64,000 nt of DNA, from IMG/VR virus record IMGVR_UViG_3300020576_006930, positions 32,001 through 96,000 of that record; one strand, 5' to 3'. The position numbers and the translations under genes are program-made. Position 1 is the stretch's first letter; the number at the start of each line of letters is the position of its first letter. A model generated the notes under the pieces. The model was given only the letters and a program-made list of their open reading frames with translations. It ran no database searches and was not told where the DNA came from. Below, in pieces: positions 26,879 to 35,407 of the stretch. The stretch comes from a virus (taxonomy: Duplodnaviria > Caudoviricetes).

Positions 26879-27137
26879 AGGAAAGACAATACTGGCTGGG
26901 GTGAGATTCCCCTCATAAGGCCAATTATTGGAAAGAGAAGCACCTTCCAGGGTGTGATGGTACGACGGTACCGTAGTGAAATCCCTTCGTCAAATGTAAA
27001 AATGAGAGAGATAATAGATGGGAACCTGATGTGGTGTAATTGGCAGCACAGCCTTTAAAGGCAGGTTGAGGTTCAATTCCTCACGACTAGGCCATCTTAA
27101 TGAACATTCGTGAAATCCTCATCTAATTTTTTAGTTC

Positions 27138-27214
27138 GGGGTGGTAGCTTAATTGGTTAAAGCGGCAGCCTGTCACGTTGTAGACTGGGGGTTCGAGTCC
27201 CCTTCATCCCGCCA
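27138..27214 (+). tRNA. tRNA-Asp (GTC)
   Basis: Loop CTGTCAC; CCA. Confidence 0.9.
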
Positions 27215-27545
27215 TTTTATGATTGAGTCCGGAGCCATCGTCCGCGGTGATGGCCGGAGAGTTCCAAACTGAACACTCAATCGCCACTTTAGTTACAAAG
27301 AGAAGATGGAGCTGGTAATAATTATTGTCATTATATTACCCCTCTCCGTGAAAGATGATTCCTGTGTAGAAAGCCAGGACAGATTGTAGTTGCACTGGTA
27401 AATGGTGCAATCGATTGGTTTGACAACCAAAGCAAAGAATACCTTGCATAAAGGTCGGAAACTATAACAACACCTAACTAATGTTGTAGGAGGTTCCCGT
27501 AAAGGTGCTTGTAATATAGCCTAGCAATCCTTTGTAACTTATTTT

Positions 27546-27682
27546 GCCATGCTAGTTCAATGTAGAACCCATCTCTTAAAAAGCCGATAGTCTCCCTGAA
27601 CGGAGAAGTTAGTGGGGTGTTTGCCCTGCGATGTAATTAGGCCAGATGAACTGCTAGTGCCAAGTCTAGCGCATGGCTCCCA
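27546..27682 (+). ncRNA. tRNA scaffold with ~60-nt insert in the anticodon loop (CT-TAA-AA)
   Basis: GCCATGC/GCATGGC acceptor, D-arm, and CATCT/AGATG stem enclosing the insert. Confidence 0.65.
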
Positions 27683-27883
27683 TTTTGGACAACCCTGGCC
27701 TTTGACGCCGGGGGCTGATGAAGGACGAGTCTCTCCGATTGAATATCGCAGGTGTTAGACCACTTAGATATTCGTTTCAGTGTCCGATCTTTTTTCCAAA
27801 TTTTTTATTGATTAGTTTAAAGTATATAACTCAATTCATACTTGAACTATTACGATAATCCTAATCAATTGATTTAACAAATT

Positions 27884-28732
27884 ATGTATAAAACCAACCG
27901 TGCCTTTACGCTCATCGAACTTTTAGTCGTCATTGCCATAATAGGCATCCTGGCGGTCATGCTGCTGCCCACCTTGACCAGGAGCAAGAATACCGCTAAT
28001 GGTATAATCTGTATGAATAATGGGCGCCAACTTTCTCTGGGTTGGTTAATGTATGCACACGATAACAACGAACGAATTGTCTATGCGAGTGATGATGGTC
28101 TGGGTCCAGTTAATCCACTAAATCAATTTGCCTGGACACAGAGTCATATGGATTATGACCCAAACAACCAAGCAAACTGGGATATCACCATTGATATTAT
28201 GGTCGGCCCCCTGTGGAGTTACAATCGTAACGCTAAAATTTACAAATGTCCTGGAGATAAATCCGTCGTCTTGGTAGATGGGGTAGAAAAGCCACGTGTA
28301 CGTAGCATCTGTATGAATTTGTATATGGGAGGTTATGCTGGAACCGACGGTGGATCGTGGTATGTCCGGCAAAACTATGTTTATTTGAAAACCACCGATT
28401 TAAATCTACGCACCTCCCCCGGCCCAGCTAAAACCTTTTTGTTTTTGGATCAGCGTGAAGATACAATCAACTGGGGAAATTTTCAAGTTCATATGATTGG
28501 TTACATTAACCATAATGGTAGTATGTATGGTTTTTATCAAGATATGCCTGGAATGTATCATAATAACGCAGCCGGGATAAGTTTTGCGGATGGGCACTCG
28601 GAAATTCACAAATGGAAAGATCCCCGGACGACGCCGCCCATTCAGAAAAACATCGCCGTAATTGGATATGTGGAATCCCAATATAACAAAGATGTTGAGT
28701 GGCTACAAGAACGAGCCACTAGGCCAAAATAA
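27884..28732 (+). CDS. prepilin-type N-methylation / H-X9-DG domain protein (PVC-type pseudopilin)
   Basis: AFTLIELLVVIAIIGILAVMLLP, CMNNGRQL, YKCPGD, HNNAAGISFADGH. Confidence 0.9.
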   Translation: MYKTNRAFTLIELLVVIAIIGILAVMLLPTLTRSKNTANGIICMNNGRQLSLGWLMYAHDNNERIVYASDDGLGPVNPLNQFAWTQSHMDYDPNNQANWDITIDIMVGPLWSYNRNAKIYKCPGDKSVVLVDGVEKPRVRSICMNLYMGGYAGTDGGSWYVRQNYVYLKTTDLNLRTSPGPAKTFLFLDQREDTINWGNFQVHMIGYINHNGSMYGFYQDMPGMYHNNAAGISFADGHSEIHKWKDPRTTPPIQKNIAVIGYVESQYNKDVEWLQERATRPK

Positions 28733-28738
28733 TTTTAT

Positions 28739-28894
28739 GCTCGTGAGTAAGGAACTACCCGTTGAACTCCCAGATCGTGCCCAAGCTAAGATCTTCGAAT
28801 CTGGTGGTGGACTGCTGCTAATCCCAGTGAAGTTACCATTTTGGAGGAATGCCTCATGCACGGATTGTCAGTTCGATTCTGACTGCGAGCTCCA
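28739..28894 (+). ncRNA. tRNA acceptor/T-arm shell with ~120-nt non-tRNA interior
   Basis: GCTCGTG/TGCGAGC-T-CCA, GTCAG-TTCGATT-CTGAC. Confidence 0.6.
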
Positions 28895-29052
28895 TTTCTT
28901 TTATATTTATATAAAGTCAAGAGAATAATTTATGGAAAGTGAAATGACAGGATCATTAACAAAACCGAAGCGTGAAATACCGTGGTATGATCCAGAGTGG
29001 TATCAGGAATGGCTTCGGCAACAAAGACAAAAAAACATTTCCATCAATCAAA

Positions 29053-29130
29053 CAGAATGTAGTGTAGCTTGGCCAACACGCTAGTCTGGGGGACTAGAAA
29101 CCGGGAGTTCAAATCTCCCCATTCTGACCA
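29053..29130 (+). tRNA. tRNA-Pro (GGG)
   Basis: Loop CTGGGGG; CCA. Confidence 0.9.
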
Positions 29131-29134
29131 TTTT

Positions 29135-29347
29135 ATGAAGCAGAAAACACATAAGAAAAACCGGTTCCATCTAGTCGCTTTTTTAAAAGATATTGTCCGG
29201 CAGCCCATTGTAAAAAAAGCCTTGGGTTATCTTGTGGTCGCGTTGATCGGCTATGTTGTCAATCACATCCAGACCGATTCGACTATTAATAAGTTAAAAA
29301 CGGATAATACCGATTTAACATGGGCAGTGGACTATTTTCGTAAGTAA
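29135..29347 (+). CDS. small membrane protein
   Basis: Basic N-terminus plus one transmembrane helix. Confidence 0.6.
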   Translation: MKQKTHKKNRFHLVAFLKDIVRQPIVKKALGYLVVALIGYVVNHIQTDSTINKLKTDNTDLTWAVDYFRK

Positions 29348-29354
29348 CATTTAC

Positions 29355-29429
29355 GGACCTATGGTGAAATGAATATCACTGGGATTTCCTAAATCTCTAT
29401 TTCCGGTTTGACTCCGGATAGGTCTACCA
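29355..29429 (+). tRNA. tRNA-Arg (CCT)
   Basis: Loop TTCCTAA; CCA. Confidence 0.85.
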
Positions 29430-29480
29430 ATTTACCATTGACTTTATGTCGTGGTTCATATATACTTATTTGTTGAATAT

Positions 29481-29568
29481 GGAAGGTTGTCAGAGTGGTA
29501 ATGAGACGGTCTTGAAAATCGTAGCCAGGGTAAAACCTGCGGGGGTTCGATCCCCTCACCTTCCGCCA
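29481..29568 (+). tRNA. tRNA-Ser (TGA)
   Basis: Loop CTTGAAA, long variable arm; CCA. Confidence 0.92.
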
Positions 29569-29625
29569 ATACACGGTTCGAATATTATTTTTAATTTTTT
29601 TCGAACCCCTCTTATACTTATTGAC

Positions 29626-30129
29626 ATGAAAGAAAACATTTTAAAGTTAAGAGCGGATGGCAAATCTTACAACGAAATACGAAAAATATTGGGATGTTCA
29701 AAAGGAACGATAGCATATCATTGTGGATTTGGTCAAAAAGAAAAATTAAAAAGTAGAGTTAAAAACTATAAAAAAACTCTTCCGGGAATTTTAAAGAGAA
29801 AAAAGGATAATTTTTCTTTTTCAAATGGAAAGAGAGTTGGGAGAGGGAGACGAGTACATCTGGCATTCTCTCTTAGAGATTTTGTAAAAAAATTACAACT
29901 CAACTCTAAATGTTATTTAACCGGAAGAAAAATTGATTTATATCAACCAAAAACATATCAATGTGACCATATTATTCCTGTCAGCAAGGGGGGAAAATCT
30001 ACATTAGATAATCTGGGATTGGTGTGTAGAGACGCAAATATGTCTAAATCTGATATGACGGTTGATGAATTTTTTTCTTTATGTAAAGAAATTTTGACCA
30101 ACAATGGATTCAAGGTTGAAAAAATTTAA
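29626..30129 (+). CDS. HNH endonuclease with N-terminal HTH
   Basis: GKSYNEI..LGCSKGTIAYH; CDHIIPVSKGGKSTLDNL...ANMSK. Confidence 0.88.
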   Translation: MKENILKLRADGKSYNEIRKILGCSKGTIAYHCGFGQKEKLKSRVKNYKKTLPGILKRKKDNFSFSNGKRVGRGRRVHLAFSLRDFVKKLQLNSKCYLTGRKIDLYQPKTYQCDHIIPVSKGGKSTLDNLGLVCRDANMSKSDMTVDEFFSLCKEILTNNGFKVEKI

Positions 30130-30135
30130 TAGTTT

Positions 30136-30223
30136 GGAGGGTTGCTAGAGCGGTAATAGGATGGCTTGCTAAGCCATAGCCTGGGTAAAACCAGCACAGG
30201 TTCGATTCCTGTACCCTCCGCCA
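30136..30223 (+). tRNA. tRNA-Ser (GCT)
   Basis: Loop TTGCTAA, long variable arm; CCA. Confidence 0.92.
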
Positions 30224-30231
30224 CTTTATAA

Positions 30232-30305
30232 GGTCGCTTAGTTTATCGGCAGAATAATTCATTCACACTGAATAGAGAATGGTTCAATTCCATTAGTGAC
30301 CACCA
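30232..30305 (+). tRNA. tRNA-Val (CAC)
   Basis: Loop TTCACAC; CCA. Confidence 0.85.
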
Positions 30306-30307
30306 AT

Positions 30308-30381
30308 GGGTGATTAGTATAAAAGAAAAACAATTCACTGACACTGAATAGTCGATGGAGCGTTACCATCATCGCCCACCA
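30308..30381 (+). tRNA. tRNA-Val (GAC)
   Basis: Loop CTGACAC; atypical D and T loops; CCA. Confidence 0.75.
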
Positions 30382-30395
30382 ATTTTAAAAAAGTT

Positions 30396-30626
30396 ATGAA
30401 ACCAAACAAAAAAGTTATGAAACGTTACTTGGGTACGGAAGAGATCAATGCCCAGTGTTATCCTTTTGATAAATCCAAAAATCTACGACTTCTTTCTCAC
30501 GACGAATTAAAGCGTTGTAAGAAGGGAGTCGTTTTGTTTTCGGTAGGCGGTAAAAAGATTGTCGTTGGAACGGATGTTATAGACACCGACACTACGGTTT
30601 TCGGCAAATCCAAATATGGTCAGTAA
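30396..30626 (+). CDS. hypothetical protein
   Basis: 76 aa. Confidence 0.6.
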   Translation: MKPNKKVMKRYLGTEEINAQCYPFDKSKNLRLLSHDELKRCKKGVVLFSVGGKKIVVGTDVIDTDTTVFGKSKYGQ

Positions 30627-30882
30627 AATCAAGACACGTTACAAATATGTAATTGCGTTTGCTTCCGGAATTTTAACCGGAGGATCGACTTTATTTTTCT
30701 GTTATTATTACCAATTCATTAACTATCCCGCAGTCGCTTTTGTCCATTGGCCAAATCTCATCGCCTTGGGAGTGGTGTGTTTGTTTATTTGGAGCATAAT
30801 ATTTTTATACAATCGCACGAAGATCGTCAAATCTTATGAAAACCATAACTATCGCTTCCATTGCCGGCAACAAGATAAATGA
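30616..30882 (+). CDS. small membrane protein (two TM helices)
   Basis: Two hydrophobic segments. Confidence 0.6.
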   Translation: MVSKIKTRYKYVIAFASGILTGGSTLFFCYYYQFINYPAVAFVHWPNLIALGVVCLFIWSIIFLYNRTKIVKSYENHNYRFHCRQQDK

Positions 30883-31567
30883 ACATGCGGAGGCGATTTT
30901 AAAGACCGCTTCGAAAATTCCCCACCCCTGTCAAATGCTTTTGTTTTCGCCTCAGAGGCCAACAATTGACATGCCGTGGGTGTTTATTCCTGACTGGGGA
31001 ACGGATCGTCAATTATTTTTTGAAGAAATTGGATTGTTTACTCTTTACAAGTTACCCAATTATATTCACACGGATGTTTGTATTATTGTTCAAGCGGACG
31101 GTTATGGGGTGAACAAAACTGCTTGGTCGGATGAATTTTTGGATTGGGACTATATCGGAGCACCCTGGCCATTATGGGAAACCTTGTCTTTGAAAGGCAA
31201 TCCTTTGCGCCGGGTTGGTAGTGGGGGTTTTAATCTGCGCACTAAAAAATTTTTGAACACCTCACTAACTTCTCCGAAACCAGCCATTGGGGTTGGTGAA
31301 GACATATCAACCCCACGCATCCAGTATAAACATTTCGAATCCTGTGGTTGTCGTTTTGCTCCTGTCCCCGTCGCGTTAAAGTGGTGTATGGAACATAAAT
31401 TGGAAGATTATCCCCGTTGGAAGCCAGAAAACAGCTTCGGGCAACACGGATTTTATCACGGCGTGCCAATGGCGGAAGTATCACCTTTAAAAGCATTTTA
31501 CTTCGCATGTCGCAAATCCCTAAAACAGGGCCGTCTAAAACGTTTCAATCCTCTAAAAAAGATATGA
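30836..31567 (+). CDS. DUF5672-like (GT-A-related) protein
   Basis: VQADGY...FLDWDYIGAPW...VGSGGFNLRTKK...GED...FGQHG. Confidence 0.75.
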   Translation: MKTITIASIAGNKINEHAEAILKTASKIPHPCQMLLFSPQRPTIDMPWVFIPDWGTDRQLFFEEIGLFTLYKLPNYIHTDVCIIVQADGYGVNKTAWSDEFLDWDYIGAPWPLWETLSLKGNPLRRVGSGGFNLRTKKFLNTSLTSPKPAIGVGEDISTPRIQYKHFESCGCRFAPVPVALKWCMEHKLEDYPRWKPENSFGQHGFYHGVPMAEVSPLKAFYFACRKSLKQGRLKRFNPLKKI

Positions 31568-31953
31568 CCAACACCAATAAACTTTCAATAATCAATGTCA
31601 TTTTAACCTGGACGACACTAATATTAGTATTCATAATGCTCATTGCTCAGGCTACAGCTATTCAACACGAAAGAACCATAAACAACCAATTGTCCAAACG
31701 GTTGTCAGAATTGGAAACGAATCAGTTAGCTATTGTCATTACCTGGGAAAAACTTTCCAAGGAAAACGATCAATTTAACAAGCTATTTATTGAAAAAGTG
31801 AAGCAAGCGGATGATATTCTTGACAAAAAAATCTCTCAATTACAGGAATTCGATTTCGTTGTGGTTGAACGACTTAAAGCGGTTTCTGAAGCGCAAAACG
31901 CGGTGATAAAAACAATAATCGGGCTATCAATCACAAATAGTGTTGACAAATGA
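31564..31953 (+). CDS. membrane-anchored coiled-coil protein
   Basis: N-terminal TM helix followed by coiled coil. Confidence 0.65.
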   Translation: MTNTNKLSIINVILTWTTLILVFIMLIAQATAIQHERTINNQLSKRLSELETNQLAIVITWEKLSKENDQFNKLFIEKVKQADDILDKKISQLQEFDFVVVERLKAVSEAQNAVIKTIIGLSITNSVDK

Positions 31954-32059
31954 CCCGGCGTAATATATATTGTACACATAAATGAAGAACAATCTTCCAA
32001 CTTAGGTTCACGGCGAAAGCGAAAACATCGCTGACGCATTCATTTTATTTCCCCCCCTT

Positions 32060-32135
32060 GGCCTGTTAGCTCAATTGGTAGAGCACGACTCTCTAAAAGT
32101 TTTTGTTGCGGGTTCGAGCCCCGCACAGGCCTCCA
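32060..32135 (+). tRNA. amber suppressor tRNA (CTA)
   Basis: Canonical D and T arms, loop CTCTAAA, U73, CCA; weak top of the anticodon stem. Confidence 0.8.
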
Positions 32136-32140
32136 TTTTC

Positions 32141-32195
32141 GGGCGCAATAACAATTTACTTGTTTCTCTAGGTGTGAGTCCTAGTGCGCCCACCA
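32141..32195 (+). ncRNA. 55-nt D-armless mini-tRNA
   Basis: GGGCGCA/TGCGCCC-A-CCA, one hairpin, CTAGG-TGTGAGT-CCTAG. Confidence 0.7.
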
Positions 32196-32200
32196 TTTTC

Positions 32201-32390
32201 GCGAAGGTATCCATAATGAAGGGCATGGATCCGGTTAGTAGGTTTCATACATCAAGCGCTTGGTGTTTTGAAGGAACCCCGGTGAAGTGTGCGATGGAAG
32301 CAAATCCCTATTGGCTTCCCGTCGGTGACGACGAATGGAGCTACAACGCAAGTTGTAGACATGCGGGTTTAAGTCCCGCCCCGAGCACCA
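32201..32390 (+). ncRNA. tRNA-like shell with multi-helix insert
   Basis: T-arm GCGGG-TTTAAGT-CCCGC and ACCA end; imperfect acceptor. Confidence 0.5.
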
Positions 32391-32395
32391 ATTTT

Positions 32396-32594
32396 GCCGG
32401 TGTAGCTCAACTGGATGACGAACTGGGGTAAGAAAGAGTATGGCTTGACCCGTTTCACACCCTGCAGGAAGGTGAACGGCAATAGCCAAAAGATATTTTA
32501 CTCAGTAGTAGTCAGATGTGAAAACATTAGAGAGCCAATCGTTGGAACCAATACGGTTGGTTGGTTGGAGGTTCAAATCCTCCCGCCGGCGTCA
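32396..32594 (+). ncRNA. tRNA scaffold with ~115-nt D-loop insert
   Basis: GCCGGTG/CGCCGGC acceptor, AGCTC...AGAGC D-stem, canonical T-arm. Confidence 0.7.
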
Positions 32595-32600
32595 ATTTAT

Positions 32601-32703
32601 AACAGCGTATCGAATTGTAAAACGAAAGGCAGAGTTCGACTCTATTAGCAAGTCCTGTAGCGTGCTAACTACTTTGTGGGTTTGATTCCTACCGCTGTTA
32701 CCA
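32601..32703 (+). ncRNA. tRNA-like RNA with expanded anticodon arm
   Basis: AACAGCG/CGCTGTT-A-CCA; T-arm. Confidence 0.6.
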
Positions 32704-32709
32704 ATTTAT

Positions 32710-32888
32710 ACGGGGTTAGCTCAGTGGTAATGTGAAAGCAAAAATAACGATAGGGTTAGAAGCTAGACTATAATCCGAAAATAATTCGCGGGAGTAGCAT
32801 TTATGTATCGTTGGATGACGGTCTTACGATCAAGAGCAACGGACTAATAATCCGTGGGTCGCTGGTTCGAATCCATCACCCCGTACCA
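32710..32888 (+). tRNA. tRNA (AAT, Ile-type) with ~100-nt D-loop insert
   Basis: ACGGA-CTAATAA-TCCGT, T-arm, CCA; insert lies between AGTGG and AGAGC. Confidence 0.75.
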
Positions 32889-32894
32889 ATTTAT

Positions 32895-33045
32895 GGGTAG
32901 GACGATGAGCGCCGTGAGAGTCGGCAGGAAAGACGTAGTGGAAGGTGGGGATGTAGTAATGGAAGTGTACATCACCAAAATGAGATAACCATTGAGTAAC
33001 TACGTTGAGTATAAAACTTTGGTTCGAGTCCGAAGCTACCCACCA
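32895..33045 (+). ncRNA. tRNA acceptor/T-arm shell with ~115-nt interior
   Basis: GGGTAG/CTACCC-A-CCA; TTCGAGT T-loop. Confidence 0.6.
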
Positions 33046-33051
33046 ATTTAT

Positions 33052-33193
33052 GGAGTTATAGCTCAGTGAGCCAAACGAATGGGGCATGAGTAGAATGTGA
33101 GGCTAACATTTGAAAGTTCTCGGTAGGGAGGCATAGTAGAGCGTCGGATTTTAGATCCGAAGGTCGGTGGGTAAATACCACTTAGCTCCACCA
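33052..33193 (+). tRNA. ochre-anticodon (TTA) tRNA with ~65-nt D-loop insert
   Basis: TCGGA-TTTTAGA-TCCGA; GGAGTTA/TAGCTCC-A-CCA. Confidence 0.7.
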
Positions 33194-33532
33194 ATTTATG
33201 GACAATGCTACATGGAAGATGGGTCGCGCTCAAAGCCATGTGGGTTTCGTGGTGAAAATCCACCTCTGTCCACCAATTTACCTGTAAGGGAAACACCTTA
33301 TTGATAACCACTGCGATTTAACCTACACTATAATCATAGAATGAAATGATGTGGTTGAAACGACTACGGTTCATTTTTAAGAATGGAATAATATGTTAAA
33401 TATATCTACATTGGGTGCGGTTTTTCTGAGCGGCGGTTCTGGTTTATATCTAGGCGGCGGTTTGGGTTTGATACTACTAATAATAGTAATCGTTGTATTG
33501 TTTCGTAGATAATTATATACAGACACTTTCTT

Positions 33533-33676
33533 GACAACGTGGCGGAATGTAAATACGCACCTATCGATGGGTGAAGTGGGCCTAGAGGCAAGGCGAAAAG
33601 CGGTGACGCTCCGAGCCAATGTGGTGTCGAACCCGATAAGCTTCACAAATTGCAGGTTCAAATCCTGCCGTTGTCG
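33533..33676 (+). ncRNA. tRNA scaffold with ~70-nt anticodon-loop insert
   Basis: GACAACG/CGTTGTC acceptor, Leu-like D-arm, GCAGG-TTCAAAT-CCTGC. Confidence 0.65.
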
Positions 33677-33965
33677 TCTTCTTCAAAAAATAAATTAAGA
33701 CTTGACCTTTTTACAAAAATGTGAGATACTTATCTCCAGATGGAGGTGAGGAACCTCTATTCGGTAAGATACGCACAGCAAAAAATAAAAAATAATACAA
33801 GCAAACAACCAAATAACCTATCAATTGGTCATTGGTAAGTTGGTCGAAAGCCAACTCTAAAAAAGTTTTCCGTGATGTAGCGAACACGTAACCTGAATGC
33901 TCGGAGTTGGTGCGTCCGTCAAAACATAACCCGGAGACAACCGTATAATCCGTATCTAGTAAACC

Positions 33966-34040
33966 GCGAGTTTAGCTCAGTGGAAGAGCGTTTGATTTAC
34001 ACTCAAAATGTCGGGGGTTCAATCCCCTCAACTCGCACCA
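33966..34040 (+). tRNA. tRNA-Val (TAC)
   Basis: Loop TTTACAC; CCA. Confidence 0.9.
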
Positions 34041-34046
34041 ATTTAT

Positions 34047-34124
34047 CACTCCGTCGCCTAGCTTGGTATGGCACTTGCTTTGGGAGCAAGCACAACGTCG
34101 GTTCAAATCCGACCGGGGTGACCA
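34047..34124 (+). tRNA. tRNA-Pro (TGG)
   Basis: Loop TTTGGGA; CCA. Confidence 0.9.
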
Positions 34125-34134
34125 AAATTCCAAT

Positions 34135-34209
34135 GGGGTCATCTGTATAATGGTAGTACGGCAGCTTTGCAAGCTGTAGGCCGGGGTTCGACTCCCCGTG
34201 GCTCCACCA
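34135..34209 (+). tRNA. tRNA-Ala (TGC)
   Basis: G3:U70, loop TTTGCAA; CCA. Confidence 0.9.
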
Positions 34210-34372
34210 ATTTATGACGAAGAAGAATAGTCGTAAAATTTTAGAGTTGTTGGAAGAAATGAAAGTCTGTAATAGTTTTCGATCTGCTCGCATTGCCATT
34301 GTCATTAATCGGATGTTGCATCGTTATTACAAACCAACACCAGAACCAACAGATAGAAAACGATTTAATTAA

Positions 34373-34450
34373 GGTGCTTTAGACCAACTGGCAGGAGTCG
34401 TTGCCCTGAGAAGGCAAAATGTATCGGTTCAAATCCGTTAGGCACCACCA
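34373..34450 (+). tRNA. tRNA-Leu (GAG), short variable loop
   Basis: Loop CTGAGAA; CCA. Confidence 0.88.
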
Positions 34451-34454
34451 AAAT

Positions 34455-34637
34455 ATGCGTCGGCAAACGGTAAAAATGTCAGGTTTTGACCCTTGCGGCC
34501 AAAAGCGGTTTTTTTCTTCTAAAAATGAGGCTTGGAAAGAAGCCGAACGGCAAGCTAGAGAGAGTGCCGGAGCCGTTTTTAAAAAACCATACCGCTGCAA
34601 GTATTGTAAGGGATTTCATTTTACCTCTGTGGATTAG
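34455..34637 (+). CDS. small zinc-finger phage protein
   Basis: CGQKRFF...YRCKYCKGFHFTS. Confidence 0.65.
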   Translation: MRRQTVKMSGFDPCGQKRFFSSKNEAWKEAERQARESAGAVFKKPYRCKYCKGFHFTSVD

Positions 34638-34692
34638 GTCGATATTATTATATTGACAAACCACCGCTGATCTGATATTATATAGGCTGAAA

Positions 34693-35004
34693 GTTTGTCG
34701 TAAGTGACTCTACGCTGGGGAGAAATCCTTAGAGGAAGTTCGCTGGTGAATAGCAGATATGGGAGAATCATCCTGAGCCCTTGTAAAACTCGGATAAGTT
34801 CAGCAGGAAGGGCGAAATAAAGGGGTTTTAGAATAAGCCTGTGATTCGTTTGAACCAAAAATTATCACTAATCCTAAATTGTCAAAGAGTAGTGCTACTC
34901 ATTGTAAAGACAAGGTTGGAGCAGTTACCCTTAACGGGTGACCAGTCGCAAGACTGAGATAAATGTAGGGATAAAACAGGACAGCGGCTACGGCTGCGGC
35001 AAAC
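34693..35004 (+). ncRNA. rnpB: RNase P RNA (phage-encoded, reduced)
   Basis: P1 GTTTGTCGTA/TGCGGCAAAC; GAGGAAGTTCGCTG pairs with AACAGGACAGCGGCTA (P4); AGATAAATG junction; own promoter at 34653-34679. Confidence 0.8.
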
Positions 35005-35070
35005 ATCTTGTATAGGTTTTAACAGAACCTTTAGTGACAAGCTGTCGTGAATAACTATAAATCTGTTAAT

Positions 35071-35144
35071 GGGGCTATAGTATAATGGTATCACATTTCC
35101 CTCGCACGGAAAAAATTCCGGTTCGATCCCGGATAGCTCCACCA
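35071..35144 (+). tRNA. tRNA-Ala (CGC)
   Basis: G3:U70, loop CTCGCAC; CCA. Confidence 0.88.
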
Positions 35145-35148
35145 ATTT

Positions 35149-35367
35149 ATGTTTATCAAAACAAAACTAACAGTGGAAGTTGAAGTCGAGACCCAATTCG
35201 GACCCGCCGATGCTGTAAATTTGATTGAAAATTTGACACGTCATGTTTCCGCTGTGAAATCGATGAAAATAGTTGGGATTAAAACTGACTATGAATATTC
35301 TGATAAGTTTCCTGATGATTTGAATTTTAAAGCGATAAATAATATCCCTTACATTATTAAGGATTGA
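35149..35367 (+). CDS. hypothetical protein
   Basis: 72 aa. Confidence 0.6.
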   Translation: MFIKTKLTVEVEVETQFGPADAVNLIENLTRHVSAVKSMKIVGIKTDYEYSDKFPDDLNFKAINNIPYIIKD

Positions 35368-35407
35368 CTTTTTTCTTTTATCGCCTATAATTATAGGCAG
35401 TTAGTAT

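Noticed and set aside
31982-32050. Third leader-peptide attenuator (MKNNLPT*)
   Set aside because: It lacks the Gly-Gly-Gly antiterminator and a strong terminator.
32396-33676. Group I/II introns as the explanation for the tRNA inserts
   Set aside because: The inserts are under ~130 nt and lack recognisable catalytic cores or domain V.
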